A stretch of DNA of 62,033 bases, the filler included, from Hausera hauseri (Eukaryota): the NCBI GenBank assembly GCA_046269625.1. It is 12 parts of 12 records of this genome, joined end to end, with 100 filler letters (N's around TTAATTAATTAA, not from the genome) between each part and the next. Parts side by side here need not be neighbours in the genome. Positions count along the whole stretch, not along the records: positions 1 to 4,170 come from JBJURY010723102.1; positions 4,271 to 8,384 come from JBJURY010751986.1; positions 8,485 to 12,865 come from JBJURY010608888.1; 9 more parts are not named here. The stretch is one strand, 5' to 3'. Positions 1 through 12,965 of the stretch are shown here, piece by piece (the stretch's first letter is position 1; each line of letters begins with the position of its first letter). Made by a program: the position numbers and the translations under genes. The notes beneath the pieces were generated by a model. That model was not told the origin of the DNA and ran no database searches. It saw nothing but the letters and a program-made list of their open reading frames with translations.

Positions 1-918
1 GTTAACAAAACTGTTCTATTCTTCTTTGGAATTACTAACGCCGGTCCGTCTTGGTGAATGTAATATAAAAACCCGTACTTCTCTTCATAGGCATCACTAA
101 ACCGAGCTAAGTGTCGGGCTAATTCTTTGTTTGTTGGTAATACTTTATTTTGTAGAATGTTTCTAATTACTTTTATCTTGACATCTTCCTGTTGGTTTTG
201 CTTATTCTTTTCTACTGACCCATCCATGCTCCAGACTGCTGCTATTACCTCTTTCTTTACCTTTAAATCTTTTGGCATTCTGGACAAATAATCCGCGTTT
301 GCATTTCGCGTCCCAGGTTTATACTGGAAATTTAATGTATAGGGTTGCAGTTTAAGGGCCCATAGTAGTAACCGACTATTTGGATTTTTATGCTGTTTCA
401 ACCACTGTAATGGTCGATGATCGGTATATATTAACAGTGGCTTGTTCTCACTAATGTACGGTGAAAATACTTCTACAGAAAATATTACTGCCAACAACTC
501 CTTTTCAATTACTGCATATTTCTTTTGGTGTTTATTAAGTTTCCGTGACGCATAAGCTAGTGGATGCTCTTTACTGTCTTTGCCCTTTTGTGACAACACT
601 GCTCTAACTCCGTAATCGGTTGCATCTGTGGCTAATGTGAATGGCTTGTTCATATCGGGGTAAATTAATAAGGGGCAGTTAGCAATCTTGCCTTTAAATA
701 TTCAAACGCTGACACTCATTAGTCCAAATTACCGTATCTAGGTTCTCACGCAATAGTTTATATAAGGGTTTTGCGATTTTGCTCAAATCCTTTATAAATC
801 GCCGATAGTAATTCGCCAAACCTAAGAATCGGCGTAATTCTTTAACTGTAGTTGGTTTTGGGAAGTCTCTTATTTTTCCCGATAGTTTGTCTTGAGGCTT
901 TACACTGTTGAGATTCAT
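1..918 (-). mobile_element. Ty3/gypsy pol fragment (RT thumb/connection, RNase H, start of integrase linker), frameshifted
   Basis: ORF 918-694 has LRRFLGLANYYRRFI. After a frameshift the minus strand reads PFTLATDATDYGVRAVLSQ...HPLAYASRKL...EKELLAV...YTDHRPLQWL...YKPGTRNANADYLSR, the gypsy RNase H motifs. Confidence 0.9.
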
Positions 919-3900
919 TAAACAAACTTTTATTAAGCAGACATTTTATGATTCTTCGAAATTATTAGAACAGACTTTGGTCATCGTTGAAATTATTTAT
1001 TTGATATTTGAGTACATTTGGCTTAACATTTAACATTATGTGGTATAATAAATACATTTTTATGTCTTATCTCTTCCATTGTATTGTATCGAGCCCTTGA
1101 TGGGCGTCATGGTAAATACTGTTTTGTGTTTATTGTTATCCAATGGTTGGCTCGAAAGTAATTTGGATTAGAGTGGTCGAATCGGAATAACATATTATGA
1201 TAAAAAATAGAAAATCGGAACAAAAGGAATTAAATAACATAAGAAAATCAAATTATAGAAAATAATATTGATAACAAGTACAATGTGTTAAACACAATTT
1301 GTTATGAAAATTAGGGTATTTAGAATGGAATGCAAAAGCGATTTTAGATGAATGCAAAGGTCGATTAGATATCGTGTTTCGATAAATGTAATGTAAAGTA
1401 GGTGTCAGATCATCGCATTATTGATGACAGGCTTAATAATAGAATATGTATTATTGATGACAGATTGAATAATAGATTTAATTTACAAATAGCAGTTTAT
1501 AATGAGCTGCCATACGAATAGCCAAGAATAAATCAATTTATCAATTTAAAAAATCAGTTATTGATGATAAGTAGTGTTCGAGATTGGTATAAAAGCAGTA
1601 TTGTAGATGAAACAAAAACACAAAGTACTTTTTCAAACTCTCATACTCTCGTACGCAGACGTAGCGAGTCAAATAGTCAGTTATATCATAGACCTATTTA
1701 CGGTCGAGGTCGTACTAGAAACATACGTGACTACTAAATAGGTACGACCTAGGTCTATTTTTCTTCGAATCTATCATTTGTTTAGAAATAATCAATACAG
1801 AGCTTTAGGAAAAGGCGACAGAACAAAACGAATTCTATTAGTTATCGAGTAACCAAGCTGAAAGATTAATATTATTGTTAATGGCGGAAGCAAATACAAT
1901 TCGTGTTCAAACCGAAGAAGAATTGAATGGTATATTTGTTTTATTTCGGGTTTAGATCATTCTAATTACCAGTTATTAGAGCTGCCAACTTGTTTTATGT
2001 ACTAAAAATTTTTATAAATATATATTAATATACACTAAAATTATGCATCTGATATCATTTCCCGAGGGAATTGAAATGGTGTGATTCGATGTAAAAAACC
2101 GGAAATTGGGATAATGAAAATTGACCGATCTATCTAACCAGGGAGGCTATGGGGCAGGCAGTTGATAAACCATGCGTTAAAACAAGTGTTATGAAATAAT
2201 GGTATAGGAAGGCTGAAGGGTCAGACTGAGATATAACACAACAATGATGATTTCTCCTCTTTACCATTACACATGAGACGATAAAGGAGAGACCCAATAA
2301 CCATTCTACGAGATGTGAAACGAACAAATAATTCGACATATCAGTGCAGATAACATTCGGGAAACGACAAACATATGATGCGACATGCTGATTTTTAATC
2401 TAGCTCAGTGTTAACATTCATGATTAAATATTTAATTGTTTGATCACCTGCGCCTTTGATCAATGACGTTGGTAAAATCCCTCAACGGATAGATTTTGCG
2501 AAATGTTATTACTGGTTGATTCGATTGCCAGACTCATAGATTTTAATGTTCTATGATCATATATAGGGTTTTACTATGTATTTGATATGTGCTTTCCTGA
2601 GCCATGAAAATTTACTATGGTGAAACCTTATGACTATTTCTGTATTGAAAATTAAATAAATCGCAGCGACGATTATTATAACGTATAATACAGTTATATT
2701 TAAGGGGTGATTAATTCGGGGAACTTTAATACGACGATATGGAATAATTTTACTTCAAAGTATTTATAATGCTTCAATTGATACAGTGTAGATTAAGTAT
2801 TACTAGCATTATCTCCTACTTAATTGAATCAATTACTAGCCTAAACCATTTCGACGTTATACTAAAAAGAATAATAGCTAAAATGAAAACGATGATGATC
2901 CCAAGTATACGGAGACGACTATATTAAGGGAAGATTTACATTCTTATCCGTCACCGAGATTATGATTCTAATGGAAAGTTGAAGAATTAGCAAAATAATG
3001 CAACATTTTCAATAAGAGAATAAAAGAGAAATTAGGAAAGTGACCTTGTTAGAAGTTCGAACACTGAGAGAAAATGACTCTCGACATACGTTAATGTACA
3101 TTACTACCCCATGTGAATCAACCTCTACCATATGGATATTTAGGTCGACCTGTTAGAAGAGTATGAAAGAAGTTTAGGATATTTGGATTATGAAATAGAG
3201 TAATCTAGATGTAATATAAAATGTAAACATTAACTCGATTAGTCATAAAAGATAAAGCCGTACCATGAAACTTAAACTAAAGGCGGATCACATCTTAAAG
3301 AATAAAAAGTAGACTACTGGATGACAGAATTATGGTCTTAGGAATACAGAATATGAGTCATGGATACATCACCACTGAATACTGTGGAGGCTGTCTCGCA
3401 GGTAAAATCGATATTAGAATTAATGGCCTTTGAATCAAGTACTTGAATATTAGATGTTTTTTATGAAGAGATGGGAATCTTGATTAATCGCAAAATGAAG
3501 GTCACTAAGAGTTTTTTGATATGTAATGGACCGTGAGTGAAAATTAGTATGTGACGGAGTTGCAAAGGAAGTCTAGAAACGAGATAATTTCTAAGGTATA
3601 AGGATACAATACATTCAAAATATATCCATCGAAATATGAAGGTAGTGCAGACATGTAGCTTGAAAATAACAAATTTAAATGTATGAAAGAAATGATTAAA
3701 CGTCATATCTTTGATTGCACGATCATTGACTAAAGAGTAAAGCTATATACACTGATTCCAGTTGTGAATTTTGCTTGCACTAGTTTAATAACTGTGGACT
3801 CCAGAGGAATATACACATATATAAATTTCAATAAAGATGAGGCGGACAAAGGGGAGGATCGATCATAATACCGATTTTGTACATTACTCACTATACCTTG

Positions 3901-4170
3901 AGAGCCTAGACACCCATAGAAACTTCTTAAAGTTAAGGATAGATGAATAACTCATGTTATGGTTAGGGTGGCCCTTATCGTCCCCCACTATAACAATATT
4001 AACTCTAATTTATAAATCGCTTCTTGAGCAGGTTAGGATTACTCGTTCTCGAGTAATCTGCTTGTGCCTTAACAAATTTGAATAACTTTTAATTCAATGC
4101 AGGTACTGCGTGCGTAAAATGCGATGTCTCAGATTAGAATTTCTCGTCTTACTTATTTAACGTTAAGTTA

Positions 4171-4270
4171 NNNNNNNNNNNNNNNNNNNNNNNNNNNNNN
4201 NNNNNNNNNNNNNNTTAATTAATTAANNNNNNNNNNNNNNNNNNNNNNNNNNNNNNNNNNNNNNNNNNNN
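4171..4270. other. Artificial contig linker N44-TTAATTAATTAA-N44 (first of 11; others start at 8385, 12866, 17365, 22486, 28261, 35141, 44465, 49075, 53621, 57960)
   Basis: Identical 100-bp block with a six-frame stop cassette between unrelated sequences. Confidence 0.98.
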
Positions 4271-5992
4271 TTCCTGACAACAGTCTTTCAGATCAAAAGA
4301 CTTTCCAATACGAAAATCGAGTTGCTTCTTTTCAAGCTGGGTCGTTGTGTAGAAATTTTATTTCGACAACCGAGAGGAAGCTCGTAAGACAGACTCACAA
4401 ACACGTCTGTCCTTTTCATCCGCCAGTAGTGAGACTGTTTTTACTTCTTGGTCACAACTGCTTCAGGCTTTGTCGAGAGTTCATGAACAAAACTTTTTTC
4501 ACGTGTCTGAGCTTAGTTACTCTGACCGGCTTGTCCTACACAGTCGTCTCCCCTTTTGATTACAATTGGCGGGTTTCGCCTTTTCATTTCTGCTTCCATA
4601 ATAATTCTAGCACAATATGCCCTTCCCTTCTTTGAAGAACGTCGACATCTATTCTCCGTTAGATGGAGATTTCTTCTTTCTTCTTCTTCTTCAATTGCTT
4701 TCCCTTTTGTTTTATTTTGTTTTATTTTGTACTGCCAACTTATTTCTCGTCTGACCTCAAAGTTCTCATGTATGTCATAATTAGCATCAACAATTATCAA
4801 CATAATATCAATAATCCATCAATATCAACAATTAATCAATATCAACAATTCATGAATATCACCAATTCATCAATATCAACAATACCTTATCGGAAAACTA
4901 CACATAACTATTTACATTCTGTGCAGACGCTTCTCTACATCAACCAGTTTCATAAAAAAAATTTCACAACTTCTCAAACTAATACAATTTCCATAAGTAA
5001 TTCATAAAATATACAATTTTTTTCAAAAATCATTGCAGTAACATCATATTACATCCTTCCTCTCTCAACCACAGTATTTCCATATTACAATCTGTGTTCA
5101 AAAAGAAACAACACAAATATGGCGTTGTGATCTCTCTTGACCATCAACTTCACCAAAAAACATGATATGTACTCAATTACTTAAATATTCACAAAAACAA
5201 ACATCTGTTTACAATGTTTTACACATTCTGCTATCAAAAATTTTACAAAGCAGCAAAAATTTGTGTCTGCTATGTGTTATCTGTCCTTTCTCTCTTCACA
5301 ATTATACTGTCTTTCACTCTCACATTCACGGGTTTGGGTGTGCTTTTGTTTAGTCTCCCAGTCCCTTCCCTTGGTTTGACATTTCTATCTTCCTTTCTCA
5401 CTACTATTTGGGGTTTCTTATAGTTGAAAGGCCATCCTCTCTCCCGCCCTCTCCTTATTCAAAGATCATTTTCTTTTTCTAGAAAAATGAAAATATCTTT
5501 GCTCTAACCGCTTTATATTATTTATCTTTAACAATGTTCGGCAGTTATCTTTATGCATCATTGTTATCTCAATATTATTATCAATCGATCCCTTAATCGC
5601 ATTGCACTTCTTTTATTATTCTGACTTTATTATTCCTACTGTGCCTGGAACTCTCTCTATTTAAGTTTTACTACACTTTACTACAATTATTTAACCACAT
5701 ATTAAGCTTCTTTGAACCTACTATATCAACTATTAATGTACTTCCTTATCACTTTCATATAATATTTAACTTGTAACATCTCTTCTAGTTTAGATGACTT
5801 ATAATTGTGTTAAGGTTGCAGTAAAGAAATGTGACATCATGTTTATCAATCGATCATGATTCACTTGCTCCCTTTTCTGGCTGGAAATTTCTGCTATTTC
5901 TTGTGTTTGATGTATTCTTTCCATATAATTCTCTCTCTTATCTTGTACGACTCTTTGTTGTACTATTGGCTCACTTTATGTTCTAGAATTTA

Positions 5993-8384
5993 CTACCTGT
6001 GCTGCTTTCTTAGTTTTGTAATTATGCTTATCTTTTCCGAATGTTCTCCTTTTAAGTCTTGCAAGAACTGTTTCTGCAGGTTCTGAATCAATTCATCCTT
6101 CTCAGTTACTCTATTATGAAGTTCTTTTACTTTCATTGCTGTGTCCAGTCTATTCTCCATTATTTCTTGCATTAAATTTCTGACTTCTTGCATTTCTTTA
6201 TCCTTCACCTGAATTATACTGTGCAGTTTTTTAATTTTATCTTCTACTGCTATTTGAAGTTCCTTCCGCTTTTCTCTTATCTCATTAACTTGTACATTCT
6301 CAATTCGTCGTTGTAACTGCATGTTCTTGCTAATGGGAATTTTCGAGTCTTTCTTACCACTTTCATCTAGTTTCTTCTTATACTTTTGTCTCAATGCTGC
6401 CTGTTTCTGAACTTTTGCTTGTGGTTCTTCTACAGTGCCTGTATCTGAATCTCGAGGTCTTTTTTAATCTATGTGCCATTTGTTCTAGATGCGACATTTC
6501 TGACTCTGTCTCGTGTTCTGTTCCAATTTCTTGATTGCTCTGAATTTCTTCTTCATTATCTCTTTCTTGTTGCATTAATCTCTGTTCTCTATACTGTAAT
6601 CTTGTCTTATGTTCCGGTAATGGAATATCACTTTCATTCGATGAACTACTTCTCATCTCTCTTCGTCTTTTCACCTGTTGACTCCTCGCCTCTTCAAATC
6701 TTTGTCTAGCCTCAAATCTTTTTCTAGCCGCTGCTCGCGTATTTTGAAACGATGCACTGGATTCTGATAAGAGTGGCTGTTCTGCTGTAGGAGGATCATT
6801 TGCTGTTGTAGTTTCGTTGTTTCTACCAAACTGCGGAAGTATGGGTGGTTTTATAAGTTCATATCTAGAGTCACTTTCTTCTTCCAATAGTGTTTCTATT
6901 ATACTTGCTTCATCAGATGCGTCTGTATGATCTGTCTCTGGCGGTACTACATATCTTGCTTTACGTATTCGTTCTGCACTTTCTGGTTGTCTTTCTTCAG
7001 GGAAATTCCTGTTATCTTTTCTTAAAAAATCTGTTGTAACCGTTGCTTTGTGACCTGTGATCTGGTTTTTGATGAAATACGTAACTGGTCCTCTTTTTTC
7101 AATTATCGTATATCCCGGAATCCATTTGTTCTACATTTTGGACGTTCTGTGATGCAAACTATTATACACTTTATCGCCTATATCGAATTCTTGGTAGACT
7201 GTCTTGTTTTCACTTTGGTCTTTGCGTTTTTGAAACGATTTTCAGACATTTCTACTTACTTTGACTGAAATCTCATGTAATTTCTGCAGTAAATATTTAT
7301 GGAAATCATCTCCTTGATACCGATACCGTGGAGTTAATAAATTATCTAGAAGGAGTATAGGTTCCCTTCCAAATATCATTTCATATGGGGAATACTTTCT
7401 ACTGCCATTCTCCAACATACGTAGTGTCATGGCGGCTATGTTTAAGTATAGATCCCAATCTGTTGGTTGGTCATTTACATATTTTGTAATAACATCGTAA
7501 ATAACTTTGTGTTGCCATTCGTTGACATATTTTGCTCCGGGATTATAATAGGGCATTGTTATATATTTAACGTTTAGTTCTTTAAGTGTGTTTCATAGCT
7601 TTGTTGACAAATTCTGTGCCGTTGTCTGTAATGATTTCTCTTGGACAACCAAAGCTTGGAATGAATTTTTCTACTAAACTATCCACTATATTTTCAGCTG
7701 CTTTCCTTGGAAGTGGATACAAATCCGGCCAACAGCTGAACAAATCAACGATATGAAGTATATATGCATTTCCAGATGCTGTCAGATGGTGGGTACCCGA
7801 TAAATCAAGACTGACCTTCTCGAAAGGGAATATTGCATGATCAGGCTCTTGCATCGGGTGTTTTAAACAATCCACGTTACGTAGTTTGCATGATTGGCAA
7901 TTTCTTATATATTCCGCGATATCCTTTTGCATATTTGTCCAGAAATACTTTCTCTTAATCATCGTAAACGTTCGATCTCTTCCCAAATGACCAAGTGTAT
8001 CGTGATATTGCTCTAATATTCTATACTTTAAGTGAACTGGCATACTTATCTGATATCCCCCTTCTCCATCTATTCTATATAGTATATCATCCTCTATTAA
8101 ATATCTTTTCCATCGGTTAACCTTCTCTACATTGGTGGACGTAATATCATTGACAATTTGTTGTAATTCCCTGTCTTTACTTTGTTCTTCATGCCTATTT
8201 GTTCTGTTTCGCTCTGCTCCGAATCTATTTCATTATACGTTTCCCGCAACTGCGTATCATTAGAATTTATAACAGAAATTTGAAACGCATGTTCGTCTAT
8301 ATCAGGCATTCAGTCCTTTTCAGGTTCCATATCAGTGTTAATTCTGCCAGACATTCTCGATAACAAATCAGCTACCGTGTTTTC
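5993..8384 (-). mobile_element. Ty3/gypsy element 3' part: end of RNase H, H2C2 zinc finger, integrase core, long charged/coiled-coil extension; degenerate
   Basis: NTVADLLSR at the contig edge. HDTLGHLG...CQSC, PFEKVSLDL, IVDLFS, IITDNGTEF (7582-8043). DWDLYL...SPYEMIFGREP (7242-7556). Frameshifts between the ORFs. Confidence 0.9.
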
Positions 8385-8484
8385 NNNNNNNNNNNNNNNN
8401 NNNNNNNNNNNNNNNNNNNNNNNNNNNNTTAATTAATTAANNNNNNNNNNNNNNNNNNNNNNNNNNNNNNNNNNNNNNNNNNNN

Positions 8485-10228
8485 TTGCAAAAGGATTTGC
8501 AGATAAACCATACCTGTACAGGGAACGGAATGCAGCATCAGTTTTTATGAAGCGGTTGGAAAAACTAGCTCACAATAGTGAAGATATGAAACCACAGAAA
8601 ATGGTGATTGCCACCAGTGAGGAAGCCCAGTGGACGAATGCTTCAGTTTGTTACTTGTGTGCAAAGCCGTTTACCGCTGACAATTACAAAGTTCGGGATC
8701 TCTGTCACATCACGGGAAAATATCGTGGTCCAGCATGCAATTCTTGTAACTTCCGTTGCCAAACTGTTAAATTTATCCCCGTGATATTTCACAACTTAAG
8801 TGGATACGATTCACATTTTATTATCGGAGAACTAGGAAATGTGAGTGGAAAAACTGATGTTATTCCACATAGTGAAGAAAAGTATATTACTTTCACTGTG
8901 CATTTTGGAACGATACAGCTACGTTTTATAGACAGTCTAAAATTTATGAGCAGCTGCTTGGATCAACTGGTGAAAAATGTGCCAGAAGGTCAACAAATGG
9001 AGACTAGAAGATACTTCCAGAATGATAAATTCCATCTAGTTAAACGAAAGGGTGTTTTTCCCTATGACTACATAACGTCATGGAACAAATTTGATGAAAC
9101 CAGCCTACCACCTCAGAAAATGTTTTACAACAAATTTTCCGATTCGGGCATTAGCGATGAAGATTATGCACATGCGCAAAATGTATGGAGCTCATTCGAC
9201 TGTAAGGCACTGGGTGATTACAGTGATGTATATCTACTAACTAATGTGTTTCTTCTAGCCGATGTTTTCGAGAGTTTCCGAAATGTGACAATGGCAAGCC
9301 ACAAAGTTGATCCTGCTGATTTTTTCACGGCTCCCGGAATGACACGGTCAGCAATGTTGAAATACACAGGAGTTCAGCTGCAAGTGTTGAAGGACTACTA
9401 TATGATATTGATGTTGGAGAGGGGAATACGAGGTGGATTATGTCAAGTAGTTCATAGGTATGATTCAACTAAACAATCGTCATTCATCATGTAGCTGACG
9501 CAAATAATCTCTATGGGTGGGATATGAGTTGCAGCTTACTCTATGGAAATTTCCAATGGGTAGATGATTCCAATCAAACTGATATCATGGTTATTCCACC
9601 AGATGCAGAAACCGGGTACATTTTGGAGGTTGACGTAGTTTACCCGATATCACTGCATGACGAACATGACCAGCTACCGTTCCTACCGGAATCAAAACTG
9701 CCACCATCTTCACCACCAAATGGAAAATTTAAAAAATTATTGCTGCACTTGGACAATCGAAAACAATGTCAGCCATTATGTTGCTTTACAGCAGGCAGTG
9801 CCATATGACGTGCAGATTAAAAAAATTCACAGGGCTTTGCAATTCAGTCAGTCAAAGTGGCTTTAACCGTACATTAAATTTAATACGGACTTGAGGACTG
9901 CTGCAACTAATAATTTTAAAAGGACCAATTTAAATTGTACAACAATTCAGTATTTGGCAAAACAATAGAAAATTTCCGAAATCGCCAATGTACTGAATTG
10001 GTCAATTACTGGAAGAGAGCAAAGAAATTAATTGCAAAGCCCAATTTCCTCCACAGTGATATTTACACCGAAAACCTAGTGATCATCAGTATGGCAAAAA
10101 GAGCTCTTAAGTTCGACAAGCCAATCTACGTCGGCATGAGCATTTTGGACATGGCAAAAACTCTAATGTATGATCTTCATTATAATGTAATGAAATCGCG
10201 ATACCAGAATCAGATGCAACTAATGTAG
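8485..10228 (+). mobile_element. Protein-primed family-B DNA polymerase (Polinton/Maverick/adintovirus-like, endonuclease-VII-preceded type), frameshifted pseudogene
   Basis: CYLC...VRDLCHITGKYRGPACNSCN, FHNLSGYDSHFII, FIDSLKFM, RKGVFPYDY, GIRGG, DANNLYG, YILEVD, KLYNNSVFGKTIEN and KPIYVGMSILD across 4-5 broken ORFs. Confidence 0.9.
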
Positions 10229-12592
10229 TGTTTCGTGCAAACAAATTACCTGGAGTTGTTAATTTAGACGCGCTGATTTCAATGGACAACAAGTTGAGTT
10301 CGTAAGACAAAAGATAATGGAAAATTTTTTAGGAATAATTACAACCCTTTTGTGGAAAGATGATCAATAATGTTTGACACATGGAGTTGGAGAGTCGGCA
10401 AAAATGAATCTGCTAATGTGAGTTTCAATCCAATCTGAGCATAAGTGTGCTCAAAGTGGAATCCGCAAAAACTGTCCCAGAACCGCGATAAGGTTTTTGG
10501 TAAACTGGCTATGGATGTCGGACCTGCAGACTATGGACTAATGATAGCGAGACATTGGATATGCGGATATTGGAAAAAATCTGGGAAAAGTTGCATGGAT
10601 TCATGTCCCAACCTATATGTGTATGTATCGATATATTGATTTTGGCATAACGCAGAGTCGAATCGGGTGAGTAATGGTCGTAAATCCGTAAAAATCACAA
10701 AGGAATCCTTTGAGTAGTCGGAAAAATATTTACAAACCAGGTACATTTGTATGCTAAATGAATGGATACAGTGAGCCGGAGTGGATCATATGTTGGAAAT
10801 GGAAATTTACCACGGGCGGTGCACGGAAAACCCAATTCTATATGATATGTACATAAATCAACTGAAATTTTTGGTTTTTCCGTCATTTTTTCTGTTATCA
10901 AACTTTAATTACGGGAGTTACATTAAAAACCCACATTTAGAGGTTTGCATTGTGCAAAAGCCTTGTATGGACCGCATAATACAAGTATTAAAATCCACTC
11001 GATAAAACGATTGATGCAAACTTAAGAAAACAACCCCAGTTTAGAAGATTTATTGTAAAATGTATATGTTGACGGAGGTGATCTCGACGTCGTGTGTAGG
11101 TGGAGTTAGACTCGACACAGTACAAAAAGTTGGTGGAGATGTCCTCGAGGCCATGTGGTATTTGACTGATTTGATTGACTTAGTTGACTTTATTGACTTG
11201 ATTGATTTGACTTTTGTTTCGTCAGTTTTGAAACTTCATCAGATCCGGATGCTAGCATTTCGGTGGATCTTCATTTTCGGTCGTTGTCGTTGTTATTGTC
11301 ACGGTTGCTGCTACTTCTGCTTGGTTGTTTCGTTCTTGCATCGCGAGCATACATCAGAAGAGAAGCTGTATAAATATGTTAATCATATTAAATACATTTA
11401 TCAGGAAATATCTGTTCATATCTGCATCAATTCGACTGAATTCGTATTTTATGTGATAGTGACTATGGGAAATATTGCTGACAGTGGGGAATTTTGTTCA
11501 CTCATTAAAAAGCGACGATATGTTGATGGCAAGACGACTGACAGGAATCATTCGGCGATAAACTGTAGTCAGAATGTTGGGCGTAAAAATCCGGGTATGT
11601 TAGATTTGAGACTGATTCGCATGATGGGCGTATGTAATACATCGAGCCGCAGTATCTGTAACCATAGTATTTCGCCATTGTCTGAAGGCAGAAATCTTCA
11701 GAATGATCGGAGTTGTTGTTGTTGCAATATCTGTAGTACGGACAATCTATTTGTTTAACTTGCTTTCAATACGACAGATCTAAAATGGGAAAAAATTTAA
11801 CATATATATAAGTAATAAAAAGTAAGTGCAATTAATTCAATAAATATGACAATTTAATTACTTAACATTTCTACCTATTTACGTAGATGCTTCAATCATA
11901 GAATATTATAACAATGGTCAATAATGGTTGTATAATGGTTGTAATGATTAGTAATGTTGAAAATAAAGAAGTCGATATTAAACTTTTATTTCCTGCTGTA
12001 CAAAAACAACAACTAAATCGTCTCTAATAAATTAGGATCACACAAGTCACATGGGTTAATCAATTCAGTGGCAGCATAAGAAGAATGATCGAGTCCATCA
12101 AAATTAGTTACATTGAAATATTGCTTAAAGCAAATCTGATCTGCTGACTGCCACATTAGAACGTAATCCATCACATGATCAGCTTTTGTGACAAAATCAT
12201 TCACAAATTCCATTTGAAGTTTATTATCAAACAGTGCATAGTTATCTGCCAATTTCTGCCAAGTGGAAAAAATCTGACTGAATAATACATACATGTCACA
12301 AGGAACCTGCTTCATATATCGAAAATAGGGTTTCCGTGCATTCCAATTCTCCTCAGCACTTAAAAGTATCATTTCAGGGGAATTATATCATACGTACTGC
12401 AAAGGCCGATCAAAATTTTAAAGATGACTTCTAAGACCGTCAAAGGAGTGATATAAACTGATAAGTGTCGTTAAATGTGACATGTTACAATCTTACATAA
12501 AGTAAAATGTAGTAAGATAGGTGTGAGAAATGGTGTTGTCCGTTTTAATTAGATAGGTGAGGAAATGTGGTTGTCTGGAACTGGATCATAAT

Positions 12593-12865
12593 AAAATTTT
12601 TTCCGACTCAACATATTGCGGTGAGTCCAAATATGCAGGTGTCCGGAACTGGGTCAGTCCAAAATTTTTTTTGCCACAAGACATTGCGGTGAGTCCAAAT
12701 ATGCAAGTGCCCGGAACTGTGTCAGTCCAAAATTTTTTTCGACTCAAGTCATTGCGGTGAGTCCGAATATGCAAGTGCCCGGAACTGTGTCAGTCCAAAA
12801 TTTTTTTCGACTCAACTCATTCCGCTGAGTCCAAATATGCAGGTGTCCGGAACTGGGTCAGTCCA
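12593..12865. repeat. 68-bp tandem repeat, 4 copies, running into the contig end
   Basis: Unit AAAATTTTTTYCGACTCAA...TTGCGGTGAGTCCAAATATGCARGTGYCCGGAACTGKGTCAGTCC starting at 12593, 12661, 12729 and 12797. Confidence 0.95.
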
Positions 12866-12965
12866 NNNNNNNNNNNNNNNNNNNNNNNNNNNNNNNNNNN
12901 NNNNNNNNNTTAATTAATTAANNNNNNNNNNNNNNNNNNNNNNNNNNNNNNNNNNNNNNNNNNNN

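Noticed and set aside
1870-3990. Coding-like plus-strand stretches and a possible LTR start
   Set aside because: Too decayed to assign; no recognisable motif or partner repeat.
11060-11758. 232-aa plus-strand ORF
   Set aside because: No motif and low-complexity composition; it looks like the antisense shadow of a decayed minus-strand sequence.
12593-12865. CRISPR-like array
   Set aside because: Whole 68-bp units repeat with no unique spacers, no cas genes are present, and the context is eukaryotic.
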